In this document: positions 49,654-61,462 of the stretch, piece after piece
Layout: the number at the start of each line of letters is the position of its first letter
Position numbering within the stretch: position 1 is the first letter of the stretch
Source: Bacillales bacterium UBA2450
Lineage (GTDB): Bacteria > Bacillota_I > Bacilli_A > RFN20 > CAG-826
DNA length: 64,000 nucleotides
Reading direction: 5' to 3'
Assembly (NCBI GenBank): GCA_002342545.1
Contig: DDQE01000050.1
Coordinates: 3,258-67,257, forward strand
The notes under the pieces: generated by a model
The model's database searches: none
What the model saw: the letters and a program-made list of their open reading frames with translations, nothing else
What the model was told of the DNA's origin: nothing
Position numbers and translations under genes: made by a program

Positions 49654-51741
49654 ATGAGAAATAAGACTTTATCTTTTATTGGAATAGTAACTCTTGGATT
49701 ATGTGTTTCTAGTTGTAATTACATAAGTATTTTAACTAACAAGCTTAAATCCATCACCTTAAGTGATTCTACTTCTGCTTATATAGTCGGAGATTCTTTC
49801 TTTGATAAGAGTAACTTATCAATTAAAGGCAAATATAACAATGGTAACGAAGTCACATTTGAAAGAAATCAAGTGGCGTTCAATCTTACTTATGGGTCAA
49901 GCATTAAAGATATTAATACTCCTTTTGAGCAAGAAGGATCTTATAAATTAACAGTGTCTACTGAAGGCATTGTTAGTAACACAATAACAATTTCGGTTTT
50001 TGCTAGCACTCAATATGTTTCTAGTATACAAGTTAACTCCACTAGTACGATTGAAAAAAATAATTCTAAAGACGTTTCTTTAACATTAACTATTTCTCCA
50101 ACTAGATATACCGTTCCAATTCTATATCAGAATTCTGACCCTAGTGTTGTTTCTATTAGTAAAGTTAACGATACTTCCTATTTCATTAGAGGTTTAGAAA
50201 TTGGTGAGGCTGATTTAACTTTTAAAGCATTAAAAAACGCTACTACATATCTCGAAACTGTTTTTCATGTCACAGTAACGTTAAATCAAAAAGTTAAAAT
50301 CGAACAAACCTATGGTGATTTTGTTGATCATAACTATTATCAAACTTCATCATGCCCTACTACTGGAGATGTTAAACTTTTAGTTATTCCTGTGTGGTTT
50401 AATGATAGCGATACTTTTGTCTCTACTTCTTCTAAAGACAATATTAGAAGCGATATACAAACTGCTTTCTTTGGCACTAAAGAACAAACAGGCTGGCATA
50501 GTGTTAGTTCGTATTATGAAGAAGAAAGTAAGGGCTTATTACATCTTACTGGCACAGTAAGTGAATGGTATTCTCCTACTAACATAAGCGCTAGTAATGC
50601 TAGTTCATATAGTAACACCGCTCAAGCGACTTTTGTTAAAAACACGGTAAATTGGTATTTTAATAACCACAGTGAGGATTCTAGAACAAACTATGATTAT
50701 GATGGTGATGGCTATTTAGATGGCGTTATGCTTATTTACGCCGCTCCTGATTATACATGCTATAGTTCATTTTCAAGTAATATGTGGGCGTATTGTTTCT
50801 ATGTCCAACAAACTTCTTTAAAGAATCCTAGTAATCCAGGTGTAAATGCTTTCTTCTGGGCAAGTTATGATTTCTTATATGGTTCTAACCGAGTTTATAG
50901 AACTGGCGGAATTTATCATAATGGTGACACTAGCAACTGTTTGATCGATGGACATACATATATCCATGAAATGGGTCATATGTTTGGTTTAGAAGATTAT
51001 TATGACTATTCAAATTCTACTTCTCCAGTTGCTGGATTTGCTATGCAAGATAATAATGTTGGTGGACATGATCCTTATTCCACAATGGCGTTTGGCTGGT
51101 CTGATCCATATATTCCAACTGAAACATGTGAAATCACAATTAATGATTTCCAATCTAGCCATGATTTAATTTTATTAACACCAAATTGGAATTCTTATAA
51201 TTCACCATTTGATGAATATTTATTACTCGAATTATATACTCCAACCGGATTAAACGAATTTGATTGCAATCACCAATATCAAGGCCGTTATCCTCAAGGA
51301 CCTGATGTGGTTGGCATTAGATTATGGCATGTCGACGCTAGACTTTATACGTTAAATAATAAATTTACTACTAATACAAATTCTTCTTCTTCATTTTATA
51401 CTGCCTTTAATAACACTTATCAGACTGAAGAAGAAAGTGAAAATGGACGAAATTCATTCTCTTATAGTCTATCAGGTAAAGATGACTATCAAAGATTTAA
51501 TATGCTTCACTTAATTAGAAAAGACACTACTAAGAACTATGTCTCTCAAGCAGTTTTAAGTAGTAATGATTTATTCTTAAAAAACAGCACATTTAATATG
51601 ACGGATTATTCTTCTCAATTCTATAAAAATAATGGACGTCTTAATAGTGGTGTTTCCTTAGGATGGAGTTTCACTGTTAAAAACATTTCTAATGTTTCTG
51701 GTGATATTTATTCCGCAACCATTCAAATAAATAAAGCTTAA
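49654..51741 (+). CDS. Lipoprotein zinc metallopeptidase, M6 (immune inhibitor A / InhA)-like
   Basis: The motif HTYIHEMGHMFGLEDYYD has the form HExxHxxGLxDxYD seen in InhA. The N-terminal LLVIPVWFNDSD resembles the M6 core. There is no SD. TGTATAAT lies 13-20 nt upstream of the ATG, so the mRNA may be near-leaderless. Confidence 0.7.
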   Translation: MRNKTLSFIGIVTLGLCVSSCNYISILTNKLKSITLSDSTSAYIVGDSFFDKSNLSIKGKYNNGNEVTFERNQVAFNLTYGSSIKDINTPFEQEGSYKLTVSTEGIVSNTITISVFASTQYVSSIQVNSTSTIEKNNSKDVSLTLTISPTRYTVPILYQNSDPSVVSISKVNDTSYFIRGLEIGEADLTFKALKNATTYLETVFHVTVTLNQKVKIEQTYGDFVDHNYYQTSSCPTTGDVKLLVIPVWFNDSDTFVSTSSKDNIRSDIQTAFFGTKEQTGWHSVSSYYEEESKGLLHLTGTVSEWYSPTNISASNASSYSNTAQATFVKNTVNWYFNNHSEDSRTNYDYDGDGYLDGVMLIYAAPDYTCYSSFSSNMWAYCFYVQQTSLKNPSNPGVNAFFWASYDFLYGSNRVYRTGGIYHNGDTSNCLIDGHTYIHEMGHMFGLEDYYDYSNSTSPVAGFAMQDNNVGGHDPYSTMAFGWSDPYIPTETCEITINDFQSSHDLILLTPNWNSYNSPFDEYLLLELYTPTGLNEFDCNHQYQGRYPQGPDVVGIRLWHVDARLYTLNNKFTTNTNSSSSFYTAFNNTYQTEEESENGRNSFSYSLSGKDDYQRFNMLHLIRKDTTKNYVSQAVLSSNDLFLKNSTFNMTDYSSQFYKNNGRLNSGVSLGWSFTVKNISNVSGDIYSATIQINKA

Positions 51742-51758
51742 TTTAATAAATATTATTG

Positions 51759-51790
51759 ATAAGAAAATGAGATTATTCGACGACCTCATT
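51759..51790. terminator. Hairpin shared by the convergent M6-peptidase and DUF368 genes
   Basis: gaaaatgag-n13-ctcattttc is a 9-bp stem that overlaps the DUF368 stop codon. Confidence 0.4.
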
Positions 51791-52705
51791 TTCTTTAGAT
51801 TCAATTTTTCTTTTATATCTCACTAATAAATATGAAAGGATTGTAAATCCAATTAATAAGATAATACCAATTGGAATCTCAATATATATAGGAGTATATC
51901 CGGCTGCTCCGATACTCCATTTCATATAATAATCATTAATCGTGTCGTTATAAAATAATGCGGGAACACTTCCAATAACAAATCCTAAAATAGAATAGAA
52001 AGTGACTTCGTGATATTTGCTCAATAAATAATGCATTAATTTAGAAATAAAGAAGAATCCAATGATAATACCAATAGCGAAGCAACCAATAATACCAATA
52101 AAATGTCCAAAACCGGACCAATCGCTTTTTATAAAACCAGTAATAAATGACATTAAAGGTTTATAAAAACCAAGTAGTAATAAAAGCATTGCTCCTGATA
52201 TACCTGGTACTACTAAAGCAACTGAAGCGACAAATCCAACAGGGATCAAAACTAAATAAAACCACACTGGAGTTTGAACAAAATATTGTTCAAAGTTTGC
52301 CTTAGCGAAGACACTTCCAACACCTAATCCAATTGCAACTAAGGAGCATACGATTAGAGCCACAAAGTGTTTTTTAGTTGGCTTAACATCTTTAACTTCA
52401 TCTTTAATTCCTGGAATGGAGCCAATAATAAAGCCGGCAAAAATACAAATAACTCCAAAGACAAATCCGTTGAGCGCTTTATCCATTAAAAAGAAAGTTG
52501 GAACAAAGCCAATAACAACACCTAATAAAACTGGAAGAACAATTTTAATTGCTTCTTTAAAATGCTTAAAAACATTACTAATAGCCCAAATAATTTTATT
52601 ATAAACTCCAAAGATTACAGCGATAGTGCCACCGCTTACACCTGGAACTGCGCTACCAAATCCGATTGCGATACCTGATAAAAGTGTTTTCAACCAATTT
52701 TTCAT
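51773..52705 (-). CDS. DUF368-family polytopic membrane protein (PopT-like putative undecaprenyl-phosphate translocase)
   Basis: Two internal repeats, AVPGVSGGTIAVIFG and VVPGISGAMLLLLLG, match the duplicated PGxS(R)SG motif of DUF368. 310 aa. Confidence 0.7.
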   Translation of the reverse strand: MKNWLKTLLSGIAIGFGSAVPGVSGGTIAVIFGVYNKIIWAISNVFKHFKEAIKIVLPVLLGVVIGFVPTFFLMDKALNGFVFGVICIFAGFIIGSIPGIKDEVKDVKPTKKHFVALIVCSLVAIGLGVGSVFAKANFEQYFVQTPVWFYLVLIPVGFVASVALVVPGISGAMLLLLLGFYKPLMSFITGFIKSDWSGFGHFIGIIGCFAIGIIIGFFFISKLMHYLLSKYHEVTFYSILGFVIGSVPALFYNDTINDYYMKWSIGAAGYTPIYIEIPIGIILLIGFTILSYLLVRYKRKIESKENEVVE

Positions 52706-52779
52706 ACCTTGTAAGTATATAACATTTTTTTAATTTAACATATATGTTTAATTATATATTTGATAAAATAATAGACGCT

Positions 52780-53334
52780 ATGAAACTAATTGTTGGACTT
52801 GGTAATCCTGGAAAGAAATACGAGCATACTCGTCATAATATGGGCTTTGATGTTGTCGACCTATTTTCAGAATTAGCGCAAATCGATATAGATAAAGAAG
52901 CCTTTAAAGGCTTAGTTGGTAGAGGCAAAGTGTTTGATGAAGATGTTTATCTACTTAAGCCTCAAACATTCATGAATTTAAGTGGCGAATCCGTTAGAGA
53001 AATTGTATCTTATTTTAAAATCCCCAAAGAAGACATCATTGTCATCTATGATGATTTAGATTTAGAACCAGGAAAGATTAGATTACGCTTATCTGGATCT
53101 AGTGGTGGTCATAGAGGAATTCAGAACATCATAGAGCAGTTAGGAACTGAGAATATTAAAAGAATTCGAATCGGAATTGGTAAGCCAACTTATGACACGA
53201 TCGATTATGTGTTAGGAAAGCCATTAAAAGAAGAACAAGCCTTAATTGATGAGGCGATTAAAAAAGCAGTCGACGCTCTTAAAGAAATTCTTAAGAATAA
53301 CTTTGATAGTGCAATGAATAAATTTAATCATTAA
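52780..53334 (+). CDS. pth: Peptidyl-tRNA hydrolase
   Basis: Begins MKLIVGLGNPGKKYEHTRHNMGF. The track ORF starts 12 codons earlier, at 52744. Confidence 0.9.
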   Translation: MKLIVGLGNPGKKYEHTRHNMGFDVVDLFSELAQIDIDKEAFKGLVGRGKVFDEDVYLLKPQTFMNLSGESVREIVSYFKIPKEDIIVIYDDLDLEPGKIRLRLSGSSGGHRGIQNIIEQLGTENIKRIRIGIGKPTYDTIDYVLGKPLKEEQALIDEAIKKAVDALKEILKNNFDSAMNKFNH

Positions 53335-53346
53335 GGAGGCAGCTAG

Positions 53347-56300
53347 ACGAACCTATTTGATAAACTAAAATCTAATAAAGCGATACCCCCCTACTTAACA
53401 AGAAGTGGGCATTTTGTCGTGGATGATTTAGTAGGAATATCTTTATTAACTGCCGCCTCTATTAAAGAAGAAAAAAGTAAATATCTTCTAATTACCTCTA
53501 ACTTATATAAAGCCCAAAAACTATATACTTTTCTTTCTAGTTTATTGCCGAATAATAAGATTTCTTTATATGTTTCGGATGAATTAATTAGAGCAGGAAC
53601 TCTTGCGATGTCTAAAGAAATGAGCGCAAATCGTATCTATACTTTAGACAATATATTAAATGGTAAAGTTGATATAGTTATTGCAAATATCTCAGCAATT
53701 AGTAGGTTTTTGCCAGAAAAATCGCTATTTTTAGATAATTGCTTTTCTTTTAAAGTTGGTCAAAGCATTGACTTACAATCTTTAAAAATAAAGCTAGTGA
53801 GTGCAGGCTATACTCAAGTTAATAAAGTAGACCAATCTCTTCAATTTGCCTCTAGAGGAGACATATTGGATATCTTTACTGTGAACTATGATGATCCTAT
53901 TAGAATTGAACTTTTTGATAACGAAATTGAATCAATTAGATTCTTTGATTTAGCAAGTCAGTCATCTAAAGAAAAAGTAGATAAGATTTCTTTATTACCT
54001 GCTAACGATTTCATTATTTCTAAAGATGATTTAAAAGTTCTTACTAATCGTATTTATGAACAATTAGAAAAAGATAAGGAAGTTCTTAATCCTACTGATT
54101 TTTCTAATTTAAGAGATTTAGTTGATAACGATGTCACCGAACTATTGGAATATCAATATACTCCACGTGCGTACCGATATTATTCTTTACTTGATGACCG
54201 CTTAAAATCACTTTTAGATTACACTGACGATTTTACAACTGTACTTGTGGATGAAACTTCAATTAAAGCAAGTTCAGATATGCTTGTAGAAGAATCTATA
54301 TCATTCCTTCAAGAATTATTTGAAAACGGCAAATCTATTTCACATTTAAAAATGTGTTATAGCTTTGATGAACTAAAATTTAATCGCAATAAACTTATTA
54401 AGACTTCTATATTACAATCTAGCGATAAAGATATAGTGTTTAACTGTAAAAATATTCCTTTTGAGGTTTCTAAAGACAGCGATGTTATTAATGTCATTCA
54501 TACATATATTAATCAAAACTACCAAATCAATATATCGCTAAGTTCTAAACAACATTTAAATACAATTATTGATTTACTAGATTCATCTCATATTCCTTTT
54601 GAAATGGTTAAAGAATATGGCTTACCTAGCAAGCATCAAATAGGTTTGTCTATTTCAAATATCCCGTGCGGATTTGTTTTAGATGATGAAAAAGTTGTCT
54701 TTTTAACTTCTAAAGAATTATTTAACGAAAAAATTAGAATCACAAGATTTGATAATCGTTTTAAAGAAGCAACAATATTAAAGAGTTATGAAGACTTAAC
54801 CCCTGGAGATTACGTTGTTCATGAATATCAAGGTATTGGCCAATTTTTAGAATTACAGACTTTAGAAGTTGAAGGTAAACATCAAGATTATTTAAAGCTT
54901 GCTTATCACGGAGGAGAGATTTTATATGTTCCTTTATCTCAATTCCAACTTATAAGAAAGTATTTAGGAAAAGAAGGCGCTAGACCAAGATTATCTAGAT
55001 TGCACACTAAAGATTGGGAGAGAACTAAAGCTAAAATCAAAGAAAGAATCAACGATTTAGCGGAAAGATTGTTCAATTTATATGTTGAACGTAGTCATAT
55101 AGAAGGATATGCCTTCGCTAAAGACGATGAGTTCCAAAAGGCGTTTGAAGATACCTGTGAATTCCAATTAACTAAAGATCAAATTCGTTCTTTGGAAGAA
55201 ATTAAATCAGATATGGAATCGACTCATCCTATGGACCGCTTATTATGTGGAGATGTAGGATTTGGAAAAACCGAAGTTGCTTTTAGAGCAATCTTTAAAT
55301 GTATTAATTCTGGAAAACAAGCAGTGTTACTTTGTCCTACTACTTTATTAGCTAGACAACACTATGAAGTAGCTTTAGAAAGATTCTCTAAATTTGATAT
55401 AAAGATTGCTATCTTCTCTAGACTTGTCCCCGAGAAGAAACAAAAGGAATATATTAAAGAAATCCAAGAAGGCAAAATCCATCTTATTATTGGCACTCAC
55501 CGCCTTTTATCAAATGATATTACTTATAAAGATTTAGGATTATTAGTGGTGGATGAAGAGCAGCGTTTTGGTGTTGAACAAAAAGAAAGACTTAAAGAAT
55601 TAAAATCTAATATTGATGTCTTAACTTTAAGCGCTACCCCAATTCCTAGAACATTGCAGATTTCTTTATTAGGAGTTAGAAGTATGTCTCAAATTACTAC
55701 TCCTCCAGGAGAAAGAATGCCAATTCAAACATATGTGACTCCTTTTAACACTCAAGTAATAAAAGAGCTAATTCAAAGAGAATTAGGAAGAGACGGACAA
55801 GTCTTCTATTTACATAATGACATTGAAACAATTTATGAAATTGCTTCTAGATTAAAAAGAGCAATTCCATCCGCGAATATTGCTGTTGCGCATGGAAAAA
55901 TGACCAGAAACGACATTGAAGACACCATGATCAAATTCTATTCAGGAGATATTCAAATTTTAGTTTGCACCTCAATTATTGAAAACGGAATTGATGTTCC
56001 TAACGCTAACATGATTATTGTTGATGATTCTGAAAGATATGGATTAGCACAGTTATATCAAATTAAAGGTAGAGTTGGTAGGGGCAATCGAATTGCCTAC
56101 GCATATTTAATGTATAATGGTAATAAAGCTTTAAAAGAAGACACTCAAAAACGTTTAAGAGCGTTACAAGATTTTACTGCTCTAGGTAGTGGATATAAGA
56201 TTGCTCAAAGAGATTTAATGATTAGAGGTGCTGGAGATATTTTAGGACCTGAGCAAGCTGGATTTATTGACTCTATTGGTTTAGATATGTATATCAAACT

Positions 56301-56829
56301 TTTAAATGAAGCAGTTAAAGAGAAGATGGAAGGTGCGAATCATAAAGAAGCTCAATATAATAAAACTCTATCTTTGGCTTTTGATGCATATATTCCAAAA
56401 GAGTACGCCTCAGATAGCGATAAGATTGAACTTTATCATGATATATTAGCGGCATCCTCAATAGATTCGTTAAATGAGATTAAAGCTAAGGTAAGAGATG
56501 TTTATGGCCGATTACCTGAAGAAGTTGAACAATTATTCTATAAACGAGCTATTGATTTAATGGTCAAACAATGTGAAATAAATGATATTAAAGAGAACAA
56601 AATGAATGTTGAATTATATCTTGGAGATAACTTTATTAATATTAAAGGTATAGGAAATATCTTATTTGAAGCATTAATACCATACTTATCCATTATTAAA
56701 ATTAGTTACCTTAACCATAAATTTAAAATTGTGATGAACAAAAAAGGAAATTGGTTAATAGATTTAGAAAATATATTAAAATCATTAGTGAACATTATTA
56801 ATACGAATAGAATTATTGAAACTGCATGA
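53347..56829 (+). CDS. mfd: Transcription-repair coupling factor Mfd; start codon anomalous
   Basis: Helicase motifs [22 protein letters not shown] and the TRG region are present. 1136 aa from GTG 53419. Conserved N-terminal sequence ([25 protein letters not shown]) continues in frame upstream to ACG 53347, directly after TAG 53344-53346 and 7 nt after GGAGG, with no ATG/GTG/TTG in between. Confidence 0.85.
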   Translation, partial: TNLFDKLKSNKAIPPYLTRSGHFVVDDLVGISLLTAASIKEEKSKYLLITSNLYKAQKLYTFLSSLLPNNKISLYVSDELIRAGTLAMSKEMSANRIYTLDNILNGKVDIVIANISAISRFLPEKSLFLDNCFSFKVGQSIDLQSLKIKLVSAGYTQVNKVDQSLQFASRGDILDIFTVNYDDPIRIELFDNEIESIRFFDLASQSSKEKVDKISLLPANDFIISKDDLKVLTNRIYEQLEKDKEVLNPTDFSNLRDLVDNDVTELLEYQYTPRAYRYYSLLDDRLKSLLDYTDDFTTVLVDETSIKASSDMLVEESISFLQELFENGKSISHLKMCYSFDELKFNRNKLIKTSILQSSDKDIVFNCKNIPFEVSKDSDVINVIHTYINQNYQINISLSSKQHLNTIIDLLDSSHIPFEMVKEYGLPSKHQIGLSISNIPCGFVLDDEKVVFLTSKELFNEKIRITRFDNRFKEATILKSYEDLTPGDYVVHEYQGIGQFLELQTLEVEGKHQDYLKLAYHGGEILYVPLSQFQLIRKYLGKEGARPRLSRLHTKDWERTKAKIKERINDLAERLFNLYVERSHIEGYAFAKDDEFQKAFEDTCEFQLTKDQIRSLEEIKSDMESTHPMDRLLCGDVGFGKTEVAFRAIFKCINSGKQAVLLCPTTLLARQHYEVALERFSKFDIKIAIFSRLVPEKKQKEYIKEIQEGKIHLIIGTHRLLSNDITYKDLGLLVVDEEQRFGVEQKERLKELKSNIDVLTLSATPIPRTLQISLLGVRSMSQITTPPGERMPIQTYVTPFNTQVIKELIQRELGRDGQVFYLHNDIETIYEIASRLKRAIPSANIAVAHGKMTRNDIEDTMIKFYSGDIQILVCTSIIENGIDVPNANMIIVDDSERYGLAQLYQIKGRVGRGNRIAYAYLMYNGNKALKEDTQKRLRALQDFTALGSGYKIAQRDLMIRGAGDILGPEQAGFIDSIGLDMYIKLLNEAVKEKMEGANHKEAQYNKTLSLAFDAYIPKEYASDSDKIELYHDILAASSIDSLNEIKAKVRDVYGRLPEEVEQLFYKRAIDLMVKQCEINDIKENKMNVELYLGDNFINIKGIGNILFEALIPYLSIIKISYLNHKFKIVMNKKGNWLIDLENILKSLVNIINTNRIIETA

Positions 56830-57065
56830 GATTAGATTTGTTTTTAAAAGATTCGAGAATTATCAAACGAAGAACTATTGCCAAAGAGTTCTGCGAAAGA
56901 GGTTTAGTTAAAGTGAATGATAAAATTGCTAAGCCGTCTTTTGATATTAAAGGTGGAGAAATTATCTCAATCAAGTTTGGTGATAATGAGTTTTCTATTG
57001 TTGCAAAAGTAGAAAAAGTAGGTAAAAAGGATAGAGCGAGTTATGAACAGCTTGAATCTAGATAA
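56826..57065 (+). CDS. S4-domain RNA-binding protein (YabO/Hsp15-like)
   Basis: MRLDLFL...RRTIAKEF...GLVKVN S4 fold, 79 aa. Overlaps the mfd stop. Confidence 0.8.
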   Translation: MRLDLFLKDSRIIKRRTIAKEFCERGLVKVNDKIAKPSFDIKGGEIISIKFGDNEFSIVAKVEKVGKKDRASYEQLESR

Positions 57066-58254
57066 AAACAAGAAATATTTATTAGCATGTTCTTTTGGGC
57101 CAGACTCTATGGCTTTATTTCATTTACTAGCAAAAAATAAATATAATTTTGCCTGTGCGATTGTTAATTATCATCTAAGAGAAGAAAGTGATCTTGAGGT
57201 TGATGGTTTACTTAAATACGCTAGTCTATTTAACATTAAAGTTCATGTTTATGATGTAAAAGAAAAGATCAATAAAAATGTCGAAGCTACTTGTAGAGAA
57301 ATTAGATATAAGTTCTTTAAAGATTTATGCACTCAATTTGGTTATGATGCAACACTTATCGCTCATCATCAAGATGACTTAATTGAGACCTATTTAATGC
57401 AAAAAGAGCGTCAAAATAACCCAATTTTTTATGGAATTAGCTCAGAAACGATTATTTACGGAGTTAATGTTATTAGACCATTGCTTCATTTAAAGAAGTC
57501 TTATCTACAATCAATTTGCGATGAAAATAATGTTCCTTATGCCATTGATAAAACAAACTTTGATATCTCTATTTTACGAAATAAAATTAGGCAGAATATA
57601 GTGTCAAAATTGAGCGACTATGAAAGAGAAGAAATTCTTAATAAAATTAACGAAGAAAATAACAACATAACCGAATTATTTAAGTCTATTGATATTAAAA
57701 GATTAAATGAAGTTAGTTATGTTATCTCTTTAGACTTTTTATCCCAGTGTTATGCGCTTAATTATTTAGCTAAAAATATTAACGCATCCTATTGTTTGTC
57801 AAAGAAGAATGTAGGACAAATAATCAAAGTATTAAAATCTTCTAGGCCTAATGGTCAATTTATGATTTTTAAAGGCCTATATTTATTCAAGGAATATGAT
57901 AATTTTGAATTTGGTGTTAATAAATTTGAACGAAAAGAGTATCAATACACTCTGAATTGTCCTGAAATATTAGACACTCCGTATTTCTATCTTAATTTCA
58001 AGTTAGACACTTCTGATCGAAATGTTAATCTTGATGATTATCCTTTAATTATAAGAAATATAAAAAATAGTGATTTTATTATCATTAATGGGTATAAAGC
58101 CAAGGCATCTAGACTTATGATTGATTGGAAAATGCCGTTTAGGAAAAGGATGACTTGGCCTGTTATATTAAATAAAAATGGTGAAGTTATCTATATCCCC
58201 CGCTATAGAAAAGACTTTCAATTATCTGATATGCTAAGTTTTTATGTTAAATAA
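57043..58254 (+). CDS. tilS: tRNA(Ile)-lysidine synthetase TilS
   Basis: PP-loop [13 protein letters not shown]. The Mfd-S4-TilS-FtsH order is standard. Confidence 0.85.
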   Translation: MNSLNLDKNKKYLLACSFGPDSMALFHLLAKNKYNFACAIVNYHLREESDLEVDGLLKYASLFNIKVHVYDVKEKINKNVEATCREIRYKFFKDLCTQFGYDATLIAHHQDDLIETYLMQKERQNNPIFYGISSETIIYGVNVIRPLLHLKKSYLQSICDENNVPYAIDKTNFDISILRNKIRQNIVSKLSDYEREEILNKINEENNNITELFKSIDIKRLNEVSYVISLDFLSQCYALNYLAKNINASYCLSKKNVGQIIKVLKSSRPNGQFMIFKGLYLFKEYDNFEFGVNKFERKEYQYTLNCPEILDTPYFYLNFKLDTSDRNVNLDDYPLIIRNIKNSDFIIINGYKAKASRLMIDWKMPFRKRMTWPVILNKNGEVIYIPRYRKDFQLSDMLSFYVK

Positions 58255-58350
58255 GAACTTGTATTTTGCTTTTCAAAATAAACAAAAACTAATATAATCT
58301 ATATATCTTTTTAAGATATCGTATCAATATTGATATGGAGGTAAAATTTT

Positions 58351-60417
58351 ATGCCAGAAAATAACAATAATCCTAATAATATTCCAAGACGTAGAATTCC
58401 CCTTGGTTTTATATTTTCTATACTATTAGTAGCAGGCTTAATTGCTATTTTTGCTTATCGTATTTTTGGAAATAGAGATAACTCATCTCCTTTAACTTCA
58501 AAAGCTTATATTCAAGCTCTTGTAAATAAACAAGTTAAGACTACTGTTGTTACTCATCATTTTGAAGGAAGTTATGTTTCTTTAAGTGGTGTTTTAACTA
58601 ACGGCACTAAATATGTTTGCACAATTGATGAAGCAACCTATGAAAGTAAAGAAATCAGTTGGACTGTTAAGGTTGTAGAAACCAAGATTTATGTTCCTGA
58701 ACTTGCTACAAGTGAAAATCCAAAAGGTGAATTTAATAAAGATGACGTTCTTGAACTCCCTAAATTAAGTGCTAACTATTGGGTTACAAACTATACAACT
58801 GAATCAATTGCTGTAAATGATGTCTATCAGGTTAGCTGGTGGGATAGTTGGGGACCAACTATCATCATGCTTGCTGGTAGTGCGATTATTGTAATCTTCC
58901 TATTCTCTAGATTGTCTGGCTCTATTGGTGGGGCTAATAGACAAGCTATGGATTTCAATAAATCTCGTGCTAGAAGAATTCAAGATTCTAAAGTCAGATT
59001 TAAAGATGTTGCTGGCTGCGATGAAGAAAAAGCCGAGATGGAAGAAATTGTTGAATATCTTAAAGATCCAACAAAATTCACAAGATTTGGAGCCAAATTG
59101 CCTAAAGGTATCTTATTAGTTGGCTCTCCAGGTACTGGTAAAACCTTACTTGCTAAAGCTGTTGCTGGAGAAGCGGGAGTACCATTCTTCTCAATTTCTG
59201 GCTCTGATTTCGTAGAAATGTTTGTTGGTGTTGGTGCTGGTAGAGTTAGAGATATGTTTAGAACCGCTAAAGCAAATGCTCCATGTTTAGTATTCATCGA
59301 TGAAATCGATGCTGTTGGTAGACAAAGAGGTGCTGGTTTAGGCGGTGGTAATGATGAAAGAGAACAAACACTTAATCAACTTTTAGTTGAGATGGATGGC
59401 TTCTCTGATAACTCTGGCATTATCGTTATGGCTGCAACTAATAGAGATGATGTTCTTGATCCAGCTTTATTAAGAGCAGGTCGATTTGATAGAAAAATTA
59501 CTGTTTCCTTACCAGATAGAGAAGGTAGAGAAGCAATCTTCAAAGTACATTCTAGAAACAAGAAACTTGCTAAAGATGTTGATTTCACCGCCATCGCTAA
59601 AAGAACAGTTGGCTTCTCTGGCGCTGATATTGAAAATATCATGAATGAAGCTGCAATCTTAGCAGTTAGAAGAAGAAAGTCTGAAATTACTACTGCTGAA
59701 ATTGATGAAGCTATTGATAGAAGAATCGCTGGTCCAGCTAAATCTTCTCGCTCTCTTAACGCACATGAACGTGAAGTTGTCGCACATCATGAAGCAGGAC
59801 ATGCAATTATTGGATTGAAGTTAGAACATTCAGATAAAGTTCAAAAAATTACAATTATTCCTCGTGGTAATACAGGCGGACATGTCCGTATGACACCTGA
59901 AGAAGATAGATTCTTGCTCACACGCAAAGAACTTATTGCTAGAATTGTGGGTTATCTTGGTGGACGTTCTTCCGAAGAAGTTTTCTTTGATGATATTTCT
60001 TCTGGAGCTCAAAACGATATTGAAATGGCAACTCGCATTGCACGTATGATGGTTACCGAATTAGGTATGTCTTCCTTAGGCCCAATTCAATATGAAAGAG
60101 ATACTGGAAGTGTCTTCCTTGGACGTGATTATACTTCAAGCCAAAAGAATTTCTCTTTAGCAACTGCTGAAAAAATTGACGCTGAAGTTCAAAAGATTAT
60201 TAACGAGGCTCATGAGGAAGCAAAGAGCATTATTCTTAAATATAAAGATGATGTTGAATTAATCGCAAAAACCCTTCTTGAATATGAACAAATCACTGCA
60301 GAAGAGATCGATTATTTGCTCGAACATCGTCATCTTAAAAAGGCTGAAAAAGAAATGGTTGAAAAAACCGTTCAAGTTGAGCCAGAACCTATTGAGGGAG
60401 AAAATAAGGGGGAATAA
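58351..60417 (+). CDS. ftsH: ATP-dependent zinc metalloprotease FtsH
   Basis: AAA Walker [12 protein letters not shown] region, zinc site HEAGHAI. N-terminal TM segments. RBS GGAGGT. Confidence 0.95.
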   Translation: MPENNNNPNNIPRRRIPLGFIFSILLVAGLIAIFAYRIFGNRDNSSPLTSKAYIQALVNKQVKTTVVTHHFEGSYVSLSGVLTNGTKYVCTIDEATYESKEISWTVKVVETKIYVPELATSENPKGEFNKDDVLELPKLSANYWVTNYTTESIAVNDVYQVSWWDSWGPTIIMLAGSAIIVIFLFSRLSGSIGGANRQAMDFNKSRARRIQDSKVRFKDVAGCDEEKAEMEEIVEYLKDPTKFTRFGAKLPKGILLVGSPGTGKTLLAKAVAGEAGVPFFSISGSDFVEMFVGVGAGRVRDMFRTAKANAPCLVFIDEIDAVGRQRGAGLGGGNDEREQTLNQLLVEMDGFSDNSGIIVMAATNRDDVLDPALLRAGRFDRKITVSLPDREGREAIFKVHSRNKKLAKDVDFTAIAKRTVGFSGADIENIMNEAAILAVRRRKSEITTAEIDEAIDRRIAGPAKSSRSLNAHEREVVAHHEAGHAIIGLKLEHSDKVQKITIIPRGNTGGHVRMTPEEDRFLLTRKELIARIVGYLGGRSSEEVFFDDISSGAQNDIEMATRIARMMVTELGMSSLGPIQYERDTGSVFLGRDYTSSQKNFSLATAEKIDAEVQKIINEAHEEAKSIILKYKDDVELIAKTLLEYEQITAEEIDYLLEHRHLKKAEKEMVEKTVQVEPEPIEGENKGE

Positions 60418-60434
60418 TCCCCTCTTTTTCTTAT

Positions 60435-61412
60435 ATGTTTAAGATTGGAAATTTAGAAATAAAATCGAATGTTGTTCTTGCCCCAATGGCAGGAATTACC
60501 TCTAGTGCATATCGCAAGTTTTGTGCTTCTTTTGGAGTTGGATATGTTGTTACAGAAATGGTTTCTGATATGGGTTTAATCTATGGAAATAAAGAGACAA
60601 AATCCTATGTCACCTTTGAAAAGCTCGATGTTCCAACTGGAGTCCAATTATTCGGCAATTCGGAAGAAAATCTGGCAAAAGCGGCATTAATTTGCGAAAA
60701 ATTAAATGAAAATATCGATTTTTACGATATCAATATGGGGTGTCCAGTTCCTAAAGTTACTAAAACTGGAGCAGGTTCTAGTTTAATGAATAATCCTACT
60801 CTTTGTGGAGATATTGTTCGCGCAGTTAAAGAGGCGACTCATAAACCGGTTACCGTTAAAATTAGACTTGGTGCTGGAAATTCAAAAGATCAATTTTTAG
60901 ATGTTATCGACGAGACGATTAAAGCAGGAGTCGATCTTATTGCAATTCATCCTAGAAGCGCTAAAGAAATGTATGGCGGTAAGCCGCATTGGGAACTAAT
61001 TGAAAATTTAAAAGAACGCGTAAATGTCCCACTCATAATTAGCGGCAATATTTATACTGTTGAAGATGCTGTTGAAGCACTAAAAATTACAGGTGCAGAT
61101 GGAGTCATGGTGGCTCGTGGCGGTATGGGAAATCCTTTACTTATCACTAACATTAATAACTATTTTAATAATAAAGAGTTATGCGAATCGAATTTAGAAA
61201 AACAAATCGATTATTGTTTAGAATTAGCAAGGTTACTTATTGAAGAAAAAGGCGAAACTATTGGAATGAGAGTTTATAGAAGTATAGCCTCGAAATTCTT
61301 TGATGGATTTCCAAAATCTAAACCATTAAAGTGTAGGTTATCAACTGAATTAAATTCTTATAACGACATACTTCGAATTATTGAGGATTATAAAAAAGAA
61401 ATTCTGATATAA
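60435..61412 (+). CDS. dusB: tRNA-dihydrouridine synthase (DusB-like)
   Basis: LAPMAGITS, catalytic DINMGCP, TIM-barrel Dus family. 325 aa. Confidence 0.85.
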   Translation: MFKIGNLEIKSNVVLAPMAGITSSAYRKFCASFGVGYVVTEMVSDMGLIYGNKETKSYVTFEKLDVPTGVQLFGNSEENLAKAALICEKLNENIDFYDINMGCPVPKVTKTGAGSSLMNNPTLCGDIVRAVKEATHKPVTVKIRLGAGNSKDQFLDVIDETIKAGVDLIAIHPRSAKEMYGGKPHWELIENLKERVNVPLIISGNIYTVEDAVEALKITGADGVMVARGGMGNPLLITNINNYFNNKELCESNLEKQIDYCLELARLLIEEKGETIGMRVYRSIASKFFDGFPKSKPLKCRLSTELNSYNDILRIIEDYKKEILI

Positions 61413-61462
61413 ATCAATTTTGACTACAAAGTGGTCAAATATTCTTATATACTATTTTCAAT

